NCBI GenBank assembly: GCA_950097015.1
Contig: CATNEN010000001.1
Coordinates: forward strand, 22,072,001-22,136,000
From: Macrostomum hystrix
Lineage: Eukaryota > Animalia > Platyhelminthes
Direction of reading: 5' to 3'
Length of the DNA: 64,000 nucleotides
Shown here: positions 38,501 through 49,501 of the stretch, piece by piece
Position numbering within the stretch: the first letter of the stretch is position 1
Layout of the letters: each line of letters starts with the position of its first letter
Program-made: the position numbers and the translations under genes
The notes under the pieces: generated by a model
Seen by the model: the letters and a program-made list of their open reading frames with translations, nothing else
Database searches by the model: none
Told to the model about the DNA's origin: nothing

Positions 38501-41345
38501 AAACGATTTTCAATGCCCCTGTGATGCCGGTAGAGTGGCGCCGCAAACTGCACGACAGAATTTTAGGTTTGAGAGGAGAAAATCGATGCCAACGACCCAA
38601 TTTTCCTCAAACCGGCAGCCCTGTCTTTTGGCCCCACTATTTAGACTAGATGCTGACCGGAGAACATTACTGAGGACAAGGCTAAACTGTGCCGTACTGT
38701 ACTTTTATCGTACTGTTCTGCCATTTAACATTTTTACAATGAACCACGTCTGAAAACTCACCATGTTGACCTCAGATATGCTGTCAAAGCTGGCAATCAC
38801 AACTTCCATGCTGATCTCCAGTACGCTGGCTGCAGTTTATAGGGACGAATGAATGAGTTAAATAACACCAAAGTGTTTTGAGAAATAAATCTGAGGATTT
38901 GGAGTTAATGAATCTGAGGATTTGGAGTTAATGAATCTGAGGATTTGGAGTTAATGAATCTGAGTATTTGGAGTTAATGAATGTGAGGATTTGGAGTTAA
39001 TGAATCTGAGGATTTGGAGTTAATGAATGTGAGGATTTGGAGTTAATGAATCTGAGGATTTGGAGTTAATGAATGTGAGGATTTGGAGTTAATGAATCTG
39101 AGGATTCGGAGTTAATGAATCTGAGGATTTGGAGTTAATGAATCTGAGGATTTGGAGTTAATGAATGTGAGGATTTGGAGTTAATGAATCTGAGGATTTG
39201 GAGTTAATGAATGTGAGGATTTGGAGTTAATGAATCTGAGGATTTGGAGTTAATGAATGTGAGGATTTGGAGTTAATGAATCTGAGGATTCGGAGTTAAT
39301 GAATCTGAGGATTTGGAGTTAATGAATCTGAGGATTTGGATAATGAATTCGAGGATTTGGAGTTAATGAATCTGAGGATTTTTGGTAATGAATCTGAGGA
39401 TTTGGAGTTAATGAATGTGAGGATTTGGAGTTAATGAATCTGAGGATTTGGGGTAATGAATCTGAGGATTTTGGGTAATGAATTTGAGGATTTGGAGTTA
39501 ATGAATCTGAGGATTTGGATAATGAATCTGAGGATTTGGAGTTAATGAATCTGAGGATTTGGATAATGAATCTGAGGATTTGGAGTTAATGAATCTGAGG
39601 ATTTGGATAACGAATGTGAGAAATTGGATAACGAATGTTAGGATTTGGATAATGAATGTGAGGATTTGGATAATGAATCTGAGGATTTGGATAATTAATC
39701 TGAGGATTTGGATAATGAATCTGAGGATTTGGATAACGAATGTGAGAAATTGGATAACGAATGTTAGGATTTGGATAATGAATGTGAGGATTTGGATAAT
39801 GAATCTGAGGATTTGGATAATTAATCTGAGGATTTGGATAATGAATCTGATTATTAATCTGAGGATCCAAATGAAGGATTTTTGGTGGCAAATTCCATAA
39901 TATGTTTTTTATCAAAGCGCCAAAAAGTACATTATATAGTTCTAGTAGTTTCAATCGGAGGTGACGAAAGTTGAATCAAAAGTCTCAATCAACACCTTTC
40001 CATTTTTCACTAATTAGATGGGTAAATGGAAATTGGATTCAAGCATTGCTTGTGAACATTTTTATGGAATTTAAATGCCTATTTTTAAGCGATATTGCAG
40101 AACGTACAGAACGTTAAGTTCAGTGAGTTAGAAAGTAAATTGTTGCAAATATTAACTTAAACATAGTTAAATTGGAAGAACAGACACAGAAGCTAGGACC
40201 AGAGACAGAAGCTAGGACCAGAGACAGAATCTAGGACCAGAGACAGAATCTAGGACCCGAGACAGAAGCTAGGACCAGAGACAGAGGCTAGGACCAGAGA
40301 CAGAGGCTAGGACCAGAGACAGAGGCTAGGACCAGAGACAGAAGCTAGGACCAGAGACAGAATCTAGGACCAGAGACAGAATCTAGGACCAGAGACAGAA
40401 TCTAGGACCAGAGACAGTATCTAGGACCAGAGACAGAATCTAGGACCAGAGACAGAATCTAGGACCAGAGACAGAATCTAGGACCAGAGACAGAATCTAG
40501 GACCAGAGACAGAATCTAGGACCAGATAAAGAATCTAGCACCAGAGACAGAATCTTGGACCAGAAAAATAATCTAGGACCAGAGACAAAGCTGGGACCAG
40601 AGACGGAAGTTAGGACCAGAGACAGAAGCTAGGACCACAGACAGAAGCTAGGATCAGAGACAAAGCTAGGACCAGAGACAGAAGCTAGGACCAGAGACAG
40701 AGGCTAGGACCAGAGACAGAAGCTAGGACCAGAGACAGAGGCTAGGACCAGAGACAGAAGCTGGGACCTGAGACAGAGGCTAGGACCAGAGACAGAAGCT
40801 AGGACCAGAGACAGAGGCTAGGACCAGAGACAGAGGCTAGGACCAGAGACAGAGGCTAGGACCAGAGACAGAAGCTAGGACCAGAGACAGAGGCTAGGAC
40901 CAGAGACAGAAGCTGGGACCTGAGACAGAGGCTAGGACCAGAGACAGAAGCTAGGACCAGAGACAGAGGCTAGGACCAGAGACAGAATCTAGGACCAGAG
41001 ACAGAAGCTAGGACCAGAGACAGAAGCTAGGACCAGAGACAGAAGCTAGGACCAGAGACAGAGGCTAGGACCAGAGACAGAAGCTGGGACCTGAGACAGA
41101 GGCTCGGAGCTCATCCAGCATGAGATTCAGGACTCACTGCCGAAATTCGGTCTCAGCCGGTTGTCATAGTTGGAGATCAGCTTCTTGATCGCGCCCGAAA
41201 GTCGGGCAGAAGTCATCCCGCTGGAGTCCCCAGTCTGGGAGTTGTCTGGCTGCGAGGTAGCCGACGCTGCAGTCAGTAAGCAGCAGCAGCAGCAGCAACA
41301 GTAGATGATTCTGTACACAGCAGGCAAGCGACTCTTGTCTTGCAT
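26531..41345 (-). CDS. Lcch3: Cys-loop ligand-gated ion channel, GABA-A receptor beta-like subunit (LCCH3 type), at least 8 exons
   Basis: Exons 41345-41138 (signal peptide, [10 protein letters not shown]), 38829-38762 ([12 protein letters not shown]), 33923-33697 ([32 protein letters not shown]), 32077-31995 (Cys loop [15 protein letters not shown]), 30369-30232, 28762-28610 (M1, [14 protein letters not shown]), 28441-28200 (M2 [13 protein letters not shown]3), ~27217-26531 (loop, M4 [21 protein letters not shown]). The junction between the last two exons is not resolved. Confidence 0.93.
27671..28180. repeat. 61-bp minisatellite in receptor intron
   Basis: Unit GGGCTGTGGAATTTTCCATTCACTTGTTTGCGTGGCTTCAGTGCCAGCAACTGATAATAGT, about 8 copies next to the donor at 28199. 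Confidence 0.96.
28775..29015. repeat. 17-bp minisatellite (ATCATTTGAGCATAGCA)
   Basis: About 14 copies abutting the 28763 acceptor. Confidence 0.96.
29080..29445. repeat. 12-bp repeat (CACTGTCACTCT / CACCGTCACTCA)
   Basis: Direct tandem period. Confidence 0.94.
29904..30130 (-). mobile_element. SINE family 2: tRNA-derived head plus CORE-like domain, most complete copy
   Basis: Minus strand has A box TAGCCTAGTGG and B box GGTTCGATTCC, then GTGCCCTTTTGCAAGACACTTAAC...CACCCAGCTGTTAAATGGGTACC, resembling the CORE-SINE domain. Two other copies are in the window. Confidence 0.85.
30440..31610. repeat. 17-bp minisatellite (AGAGAATTGGGATATTC/T)
   Basis: Direct tandem period in a receptor intron. 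Confidence 0.97.
32180..33560. repeat. 11-bp composite minisatellite (CACTCTCCTGT / TACTATCATGT / CACTCATCTGT)
   Basis: 11-bp monomers, with composition changing along the array. Confidence 0.96.
34021..35497. repeat. 29-bp minisatellite (GCACACACTCACACAGATACTGTACGCAG), ~51 copies, SINE-derived
   Basis: The unit is the reverse complement of the SINE segment at ~50325-50357. Confidence 0.97.
35498..35769. mobile_element. Non-autonomous DNA element (MITE) with ~16-bp terminal inverted repeats and an internal 19-bp repeat
   Basis: Left end CAGTGGCGTAGCCAGG, right end CCTGGCAACGCCACTG (one mismatch). Internal (ATGGGGGCGCCACTACCAC)n. No clear TSD; at most CA. Confidence 0.8.
36225..38445. repeat. 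46-bp minisatellite, ~48 copies
   Basis: Unit TATGAGCGAGTTGCTTGACTATGTTTCTTAGAAAACTAATGCAGAC with variants. Confidence 0.97.
38888..39870. repeat. 23-bp to 21-bp minisatellite (AATGAATCTGAGGATTTGGAGTT / ...TTGGAT)
   Basis: The period shortens from 23 to 21 bp along the array. Confidence 0.96.
40180..41103. repeat. 19-bp minisatellite (AGACAGAAGCTAGGACCAG)
   Basis: Direct tandem period, ending ~35 bp from the exon-1 donor. Confidence 0.97.
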
Positions 41346-42419
41346 GCTTGTTGAAGGCTTTCAGTTGGACTTGCGGTTTTTTAGCTTGTCGCTGACATGC
41401 CGCTGACTCGCGCTGACTCACCCGCCTCCCCTCTGCGTGAGTATAGTATCCGATTTCTTCTGCAGCCTTGGCGCCCTATTGAGCATAGCCTGACATTTAG
41501 GCTGCTCAGGTAGTGCTCAGAAAAGGTGCTACCTTTCACACAAAAAGTCGCTTTTCTCTCGCTTTTCACTTTCTTTAGCCAGCAACACCAAGTAGAGAAT
41601 TTTCGCTGCCTCAACCGTGCTCACTATGGTCGCCTCTTTGCCACTGTTCTCAGTTTTCGCGGCAGGGTGGGGGGTTGGAGGAAAGCCCAAAAAATTTGAA
41701 ACCTAAAAGCTTGGGCTGCTTGGACTCGCTAGAGATATAGCTGGGGAGAAGTGTTGGATTTTCTCTTTGGCGGGCTTGGCTCCGCCTGAAAACCTGCTTT
41801 TTTTATATCCCTCCCATAGCCCACTGACAATTCGCTCCCACCCCCGTGTCCCAACAGCTGTACACAGGGGGGGGAGAACTTTATAGCCAGTGTGCGCTGG
41901 TTTTGGAATCGGATGCCGGCGAGAGCGGAGTTAGGGGAAGAGAGGACAGAGCCAGTAAAGTCCGCGCGGTCTTTTGGGAGTTTTTTTAGGAGGATTATTG
42001 AATAGACAGAAAGAGGCCGGTAGCCTCCGAGCAGTGCTCAGGACAGACCTAGTGGAGGGTGGGGTGGATTGAGCAGAGCTGAGCTGAGTGGAAGGTAAGA
42101 TAGGCAAATAGATAGGCTCCAAACTGAAGAATCTAATTATGATGTGCCCAAACTACTGGCTCATGACATAATGCAGGTTAATTAGGTCCTTAATGGCATC
42201 TAAACTGTGTGAGTGCCCGCTGGCTTATAAATTGAGGAAGTCGGCACAATGGCAGCCGTCAAGATTCAGGCAGTCAGTGAAATATGGTGAGGCAATCGCC
42301 TCAGAGCCAGGCATGCCCACCAGCTGCTGACCCGCGATTTATGAGCTTGGAATATGAAGGACAATTCAGAGTTTGTCTGCTTTGAAGCAGAAGAAAGGGG
42401 AGAGAAGGAGTGGCAAGAG

Positions 42420-43990
42420 TAGAGGAAAGAAGAGGGTAGATGAAGTGAGGAGAGGAGAGGCGAGGAGAGAAGAGGAGAGAAGAGGAGAGGAGAGGAGAGG
42501 AGAGGAGAGGAGAGGAGAGGAGAGGAGAGGAGAGAAGAGGAGAGGAGTGGAGAGGAGAGGAGAGGAAAGGAGAGGAGAGGCGAGGAGAGGAGAGGAGAGG
42601 AGAGGAGAGGAGAGTAGAGGAGAGGAGAGGAGAGGAGAGGAGAGGAGAGGAGAGGAGAGGAGAGTAGAGTAGAGGAGAGGAGAGGAGAGTAGAGGAGAGG
42701 AGAGGAGAGGAGAGGAGAGGAAAGGAGAGGAGAGGAGAGGAGAGGAGAGGAGAGGAAAGGAGAGGAGAGGCGAGGAGAGGAGAGGAGAGGAGAGGAGAGG
42801 AGAGTAGAGGAGAGGAGAGGAGAGGAGAGGAGAGGAGAGGAGAGTAGAGGAGAGGAGAGGAGAGGAGAGGAGAGGAGAGGAGAGGAGAGGAGAGGATAGA
42901 AGAGGGTAGATGAAGTGAGGAGAGGAGAGGAGAGGAGAGTAGAGGAGAGGCGAGGAGAGGAGAGGAGAGGAGAGGAGAGGAGAGGAGAGAAGAGGAGAGG
43001 AGAGGAGAGGAGAAGAGAGGAGAGGAGAAGAGAGGAGAGGAGAGGAGAGAAGAGGAGAGAAGAGGAGAGGAGTGGAGAGGAGAGGAGAGGAAAGGAGAGC
43101 AGAGAAGAGGAGAGGAGAGGAGAGGAGAGGAGAGGAGAGAAGAGGAGAGGAGAGGAGAGGAGAGGAGAGGAAAGGAGAGGAGAGGAGAGAAGAGGAGAGG
43201 AGTGGAGAGGAGAGGAGAGGAAAGGAGAGGAGAGGCGAGGAAAGGAGAGGAGAGGAGAGGAGAGGAGAGGAGAGTAGAGGAGAGGAGAGGAGAGGAGAGG
43301 AGAGGAGAGGAGAGTAGAGGAGAGGAGAGGAGAGGAGAGGAGAGGAGAGGAGAGGAGAGGATAGAAGAGGGTAGATGAAGTGAGGAGAGGAGAGGAGAGG
43401 AGAGGAGAGGCGAGGAGAGGAGAGGAGAGGAGAGGAGAGGAGAGGAGAGGAGAGAAGAGGAGAGGAGAGGAGAGGAGAAGAGAGGAGAGGAGAGGAGAGA
43501 AGAGGAGAGGAGAGGAGAGGAGAGGAGAGGAGAGGAGAGGAGAGGATAGGAGAGGAGAGGAGGGGCGAGGAGAGGAGAGGAGAGGAGAGGAAAGAAGAGG
43601 GTAGATGAAGTGAGGAGAGGAGAGGAGAGGAGAGGAGAGGAGAGGAAAGAAGAGGGTAGATGAAGTGAGGAGAGGAGAGGAGAGGAGAGGAGAGGAAAGA
43701 AGAGGGTAGATGAAGTGAGGAGAGGAGAGGAGAGGAGAGGAGAGGAGAGGAGAGGAGAGGAGAGGAGAGAAGAGGAGAGGAGAGGAGAGGAGAGGAGAGG
43801 AGAGGAGAGGAGAGGAGAGTAGAGGAGAGAAGAGGAGAGGAGAGGAGAGGAGAGGAGAGGAGAGGAGAGGATAGGAGAGGATAGGAGAGGAGAGGAGGGG
43901 CGAGGAGAGGAGAGGCGAGGAGAGAAGAGGAGAGGAGAGGAGAGGAGAGGAGAGGAGAGGAGAGGAGAGGAGAGGAGAGGAGAGGAGAGG
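42420..43990. repeat. (GGAGA)n polypurine microsatellite with an interspersed AAGAAGAGGGTAGATGAAGTG cassette
   Basis: Direct reading. Confidence 0.98.
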
Positions 43991-44342
43991 ATGGCATTTT
44001 AGAAAGATGATTTCATGAACAACTGTAAGAGTTTCCCAACGGTCCAACAAATTTGCAATAAAATGCAGTTTCGCTAATGGGGTAACTGGAAAAATCCCAG
44101 CTAGATTAATGGATTTCGAACCGAATAGTTTAGAATTTGATCATGGGCGAGGCAATTTGCCAGCACTGGCCTCACTAAACTGCTTAATTCAAGAGACTCC
44201 TGGCATCAGGACGAGATTCATCTGAAAATTTTCTCTGCACTTTCAATTGAACTCAGTTTTAAGAACTCAACCCATTTCAATCAGTGGGTCAAACGGTACG
44301 CGTTTTAAAAAAGACGCTATAGACTTTCAAACTGATTACCCG

Positions 44343-44815
44343 ACCTGTCTCCGAGGTGGACACCCAAACCTGTCTCCGAGGTGGACACCCAACCTGTCTC
44401 CGAAGTGGACACCCAAACCTGTCTCCGAGGTGGACACCCAAACCTGTCTCCGAGGTGGACACCCAACCTGTCTCCGAAGTGGACACCCAAACCTGTCTCC
44501 GAGGTGGACACCCAAACCTGTCTCCGAGGTGGACACCCAAACCTGTCTCCGAGGTGGACACCCACACCTGTCTCCGAGGTGGACACCCAAACCTGTCTCC
44601 GAGGTGGACACCCAAACCTGTCTCCGAGGTGGACACCCAAACCTATCTCCGAGTTGGACACCCAACCTGTCTCCGAGGTGGACACCCAAACCTGTCTCCG
44701 TGGTGGACACCCAAACCTGTCTCCGAGGTGGACACCCAAACCTGTCTCCGAGGTGGACACCCAAACCTGTCTCCGAGGTGGACACCCAAACTTTATCTTC
44801 GAGGTAGACACCCAG
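44343..44815. repeat. 24/25-bp minisatellite (ACCTGTCTCCGAGGTGGACACCCAA)
   Basis: About 19 copies. Confidence 0.97.
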
Positions 44816-45509
44816 CTTATCTTTGAGCATTTTATTTATTCCTGAGGCGGACACGTCTGTTAAGTTTCCCTAAAATGTTCACTTCATCCAGCGGTTTTTC
44901 CTCCACTTCCTGCAAGCTTTCCTTCCTATTCCATTGTGCCTCTGTGAATGACAAGTCCTCGAAGTGCTTCGCGGAGTGACAGCCAATGTCGAACAAAAAG
45001 TGCACTTTAATTCCCCTACGAAGACCCACTTAGCCAGGTCGTCCAGCAATCTCGGGTTAACGTCCTCTTTATAGCCGCAATGTGTGTGTGTGCACTTCTG
45101 GCATTAATTAACACAGCCCCACTGCTAAACGTCTTAACAGTCAAGCACCCCAATTCAGCTTACACGATTTAAGATTTTTTGTCTTGTAAAAAGTTTAAGA
45201 TTAATTTAAGAATCGTATAGGAATCATGCGAAAATCTCAAAGATTTTGGAAATTGAATAAACCGTTGATTTAAAGAAACGTTGATTATAAGAATCAATCA
45301 TTCTAAGAATCGTTCATTTTTTTAATACGAGCGTAGGTTTCCTACACTATCACAAGAATCGTTAATTTTATTCTGACGTTGATTCTAAGAATCATTACTT
45401 ATAATTATCGTTCACACTAAAAACCGATCAAATCGAAGACAGGTTAGAATAAGCGTTTATTTTAATAATCGTTTTTAAGTAGCTTTTAATCTACTCGTAT
45501 TAACCATTC

Positions 45510-46790
45510 AATCTATTCTAAGAATCGTTCATTCTAAGAACCGTTCATTCTAAGAATCGTTCATTCTAAGAATCGTTCATTCTAAGAATAGTTTATACTA
45601 AGAATCGCTCATTCTAAGAATCGTTGATTCTAAGAATCGCTCATTCTAAGAATCGTTCATTCTAATAATCGTTCATTCTAAGAATCGTTCATTCTAAGAA
45701 TCGCTCATTCTAAGAATCGTTCATTCTAAAAACCGTTCATGCTAAGAATAGTTTATACTAAGAATCGTTCATTCTAAGAATCGTTCATTCTAATAATCGT
45801 TCATTCTAAGAACCGTTCCTTCTAAGAATCGTTCATTCTAAGAACCGTTCATTCTAAGAATCGTTCATTCTAAGAACCGTTCATTCTAAGAATCGTTCAT
45901 TCTAAGAATCGTTCATTCTAAGAATAGTTTATACTAAGAATCGCTCATTCTAAGAATCGTTGATTCTAAGAATCGCTCATTCTAAGAATCGTTCATTCTA
46001 ATAATCGTTCATTCTAAGAATCGTTCATTCTAAGAACCGTTCCTTCTAAGAATCGTTCATTCTAAGAACCGTTCATTCTAAGAATCGTTCATTCTAAGAA
46101 TCGTTGATTCTAAGAACCGTTCATTCTAAGAATCGTTCATTCTAAGAATCGTTCATTCTAAGAACCGTTCCTTCTAAGAATCGTTCATTCTAAGAACCGT
46201 TCATTCTAAGAATCGTTCATTCTAAGAATAGTTTATACTAAGAATCGTTCATTCTAAGAATCGTTCATTCTAAGAATCGTTCATTCTAAGAATCGTTCAT
46301 TCTAAGAATCGTTCATTCTAAGAATCGTTCATTCTAAGAATCGTTCATTCTAAGAATCGTTCATTCTAAGAATCGTTCATTCTGAGAATAGTTTATACTA
46401 AAAATCGTTAATTCTAAGAATCGTTCATTCTAAGAATCTTTCATTCTAAGAATAGTTTATACTAAGAATCGTTCATTCTAAGAATCGTTCATTCTAAGAA
46501 TAGTTTATACTAAGAATCGCTCATTCTAAGAATCGTTCATTCTAAGAATCGCTCATTCTAAGAATTGTTCATTCTAATAATCGTTCATTCTAAGAATCGT
46601 TCCTTCTAAGAATCGCTCATTCTAAGAATCGTTCATTCTAATAATCGTTCATTCTAAGAATCGTTCATTCTAAGAACCGTTCATTGTAAGAATCGTTCAT
46701 TCTAAGAACCGTTCATTCTAAGCATCGTTCAATCTAAGAACCGTTCATTCTAAGAATCGTTCATTCTAAGAACCGTTCATTCTTAAAATC
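45510..46790. repeat. 16-bp minisatellite (ATTCTAAGAATCGTTC), ~80 copies
   Basis: Direct tandem period with degenerate flanks. Confidence 0.97.
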
Positions 46791-46989
46791 GTTCATCGTA
46801 AAAATACGCTCGTATGAGCGTAGGTTCTTCTTAGAATATCACACGAATCGTTAATGCTAAATAATGTTCGCATTAAGAATCATCAATTCTAATTATCGTT
46901 CATACTGAAAATATATTATTCTAAGGAGTGTTATTCTAAGAATATTTAATTATAAGAAAAGTTTATTTTAAATACCGAGATTTTCACCC

Positions 46990-47230
46990 GAATCACTACT
47001 CAGAATCACTCCTGAATCACTTCAGAATCACTCCAGAATCACTCCAGAATCACTCCAGAATCACTCCAGAATCACTCCAGAATCACTCCAGAATCACTCC
47101 AGAATCATTCCCGAGAATCACTCCAGAATCACTCCAGAGAATCACTCCTGAATCACTTCAGAATCACTCCAGAATCACTCCCGAGAATCACTCCAGAATC
47201 AATCCAGAGAATCACTCCAGACTCACTCAC
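46990..47230. repeat. 11-bp minisatellite (GAATCACTCCA)
   Basis: Direct tandem period, bracketed by ~135-bp direct repeats. Confidence 0.95.
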
Positions 47231-47804
47231 GTTAATGTTAAATAACGTTAATTTTAAGAATCATTAATTCTAATTATCGGTCATACTGAAAACATTTTAT
47301 TCTAAGAAGTCTTTATTCTAAGAATATTTAATTCTAAGAAAATTTTATTTTCAATACCGAGATTTCAGAATCACTGAGAGAAATGCAGTGACAAACAAAA
47401 TCTGCGAAACGAGGTTTCAATGACTGGCCGCTTGTTGAACTCATGACGCGAGTATGTGATCTGATCTACTTCAAGTAATCAAAGTAATTTGAAGTAATCA
47501 AACGTAGTGTATGCTTTTATATCTGCCTTTGACTAGTCGATGTTCGCAATCAAACTAACACTCGAGAACTGCTCATGTGCTCTGACATTGCATAATTGTA
47601 GGATTTTACCGTGGTAATCTCTCCTTCCTTCAAGCGCACGTACTCAAGGCTCGTCGAGAAATGAAAATTACGCATTGCTTTATCTTCTTCAGTTTTTTTT
47701 CATTGAGTCGTACGTAAAATACGTTGTAATCTACTGTTCAGTAATGTATGATATACATTTTTGTTAAGAAAAATAGACAAACTTTTAATTACGACATTAT
47801 TGTG

Positions 47805-49501
47805 TCAGTAATTGGCCAACACCGAACCACGGACTGTAACTGTGCAGTGCATGAATAACCAGATCTAGCATTGCTCCTTATATTTCAGCTTAAATAAGTC
47901 AGCAAAACAGTCTCGTTAACTCAGAATGTTCAACAACGTCTTCAGACAACTGAAATGGTAAGATTGGAAGGATTCGAAGTGTTGAAATATGGTCAAGCAT
48001 ATCAATAAAGGTCTAGAGAATGTTTAACAGGGCCACACACTCACCGCTGCAGTCCTTCCCCCGGTTGTCTCCGTCGCAGGTACACTCATAGTTCGCGTCG
48101 CCGTAGCGGACACGGTAGCGCTGGCCCTTGTCCACGTAGCGACCCTCAGAGTCCTTGCACTTGCCGGCGTTGTCATAGTCAGCCTTGGCCATGCAGTTCT
48201 TGTAGCCTTCAACTCCAGCGCAGTCGCAGACAAGGAGGGCGCCGTTGTTTGACACCGTAACCTTCTCGCCGACCTTCTTGTTCGAGCCGTCGACGTCGCG
48301 GCACAGCGGAGAGCGGCAGTTCACGTAGGAGTTGGTACCGGCGCAGGTGCAGTGCAGGGTGGCTCCGTCATGTTTGGTGACCACGGTGGCGCCAACTTCG
48401 ACGTAGCTTCCACTGGCCTGGTCCAAGCACTTGTTCTCGTTGCGCAGCGATTCTTCGGTGCGGCAGTTCTGGAAACCGTCGACTCCCGCGCAGGTGCAAA
48501 TGTAAGTGACACCGTTGCTGACGGTGGTCACCTGTTCGCCCTTCTTCTTGGCCTCGCCAGTGCGGCTATCGGTGCAAGTTTCTGCGAGTGGTTTTTCAAA
48601 GACATTTGTTTTACCACCCAAACTGGATATTTGGAGGCCAATAATAAGAATAATAATAACAATATTTTCAGTAGGACTAACAATGCTGATAGTAGACGCC
48701 GTTCAGTGATAGGCAATTCTATCCATTTCGCTGTTATCCTGAGCACACACACATGGATATCGTACACAGGCACACGCTCACACAGGTGTGTACATCTGCC
48801 CTGACTTTCTCATCGTCATGGAGATTGGCCTTCAAGGGCGTAAATTGCACAAAAATGTCACAAATGAATGTGGCCTCACCGAGGAGTCGAGCTCTAGCCA
48901 GAGGTGCTAGAGGCAAACGCGTTATCCGCTCTGCCACTCAACCCCTTTGAGGCTCATTACGACGAGGCCGAAAAATCTCTGGAATCAGAGCTTATAACAA
49001 TCCGCCTACAGTGATCTCCCTCAGGACCACTCCGTTCAGAATGCACTCGGGAAAAACGCCCCACAAATGCCCTCAGAGAGAAGCCTCCATCGGCGGCTCA
49101 CCGGATCTGCAGTTGGCGAACGTGTAGGAGCCATCGGAGGCCCTCTGGCAGACGCACTGCAACGGGCCGGAGGAGCCAGAGACGGTGGCAGCCTCGCCAG
49201 CTTTGTAGCACTTGCTGGTGCCGCTCTCCAGACAGCCGACTGCAATTTGTTAGGGTGAGTAATCAGATTTCCTTCCTAATAACGGCCTCGCAAGTTGAGG
49301 ACTATCGCTCACTCATTGTTGTCTTGCACATCTCGCTGCCGGACACTCCGGGATTGCAGGTGCAATTGTGCCTAGCGCAGTTCTCCTCGAACACGTGACT
49401 CTGGCCTGGCTGCAGGGTTTGGTCACCGTAGCGGCATGTGATGGTGGCACAGAGGGACACAGCAGGCAGGACGGCTAGCAAGACGGCGAGCAGGCGACAC
49501 A
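47805..49501 (-). CDS. Secreted cysteine-rich protein with six FN1-like (C-x~22-25-CxC-x8-10-C) modules; start codon not located
   Basis: Exons 49501-49313 (signal peptide CRLLAVLLAVLPAVSLCA plus module 1), 49239-49102 (module 2), 48581-48045 (modules 3-6), tentative last exon ~47839-47805. All introns are phase 1 and in frame. No in-frame ATG lies upstream, so a further 5' exon is needed. Confidence 0.8.
48641..48945 (-). mobile_element. SINE family 1 copy in an intron of the Cys-rich gene
   Basis: Reverse complement has head GGGGTTGAGTGGCAGAGCGGATAACGCGTTTGCCTCT, body GACGATGAGAAAGTCAGGGCAGATGTACACACCTGTGTGAGCG and a (TTA)n tail. Confidence 0.85.

Noticed and set aside
42266-44050. 594-aa and 543-aa (LLSSP)n ORFs
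   Set aside because: Artefacts of the (GGAGA)n microsatellite.
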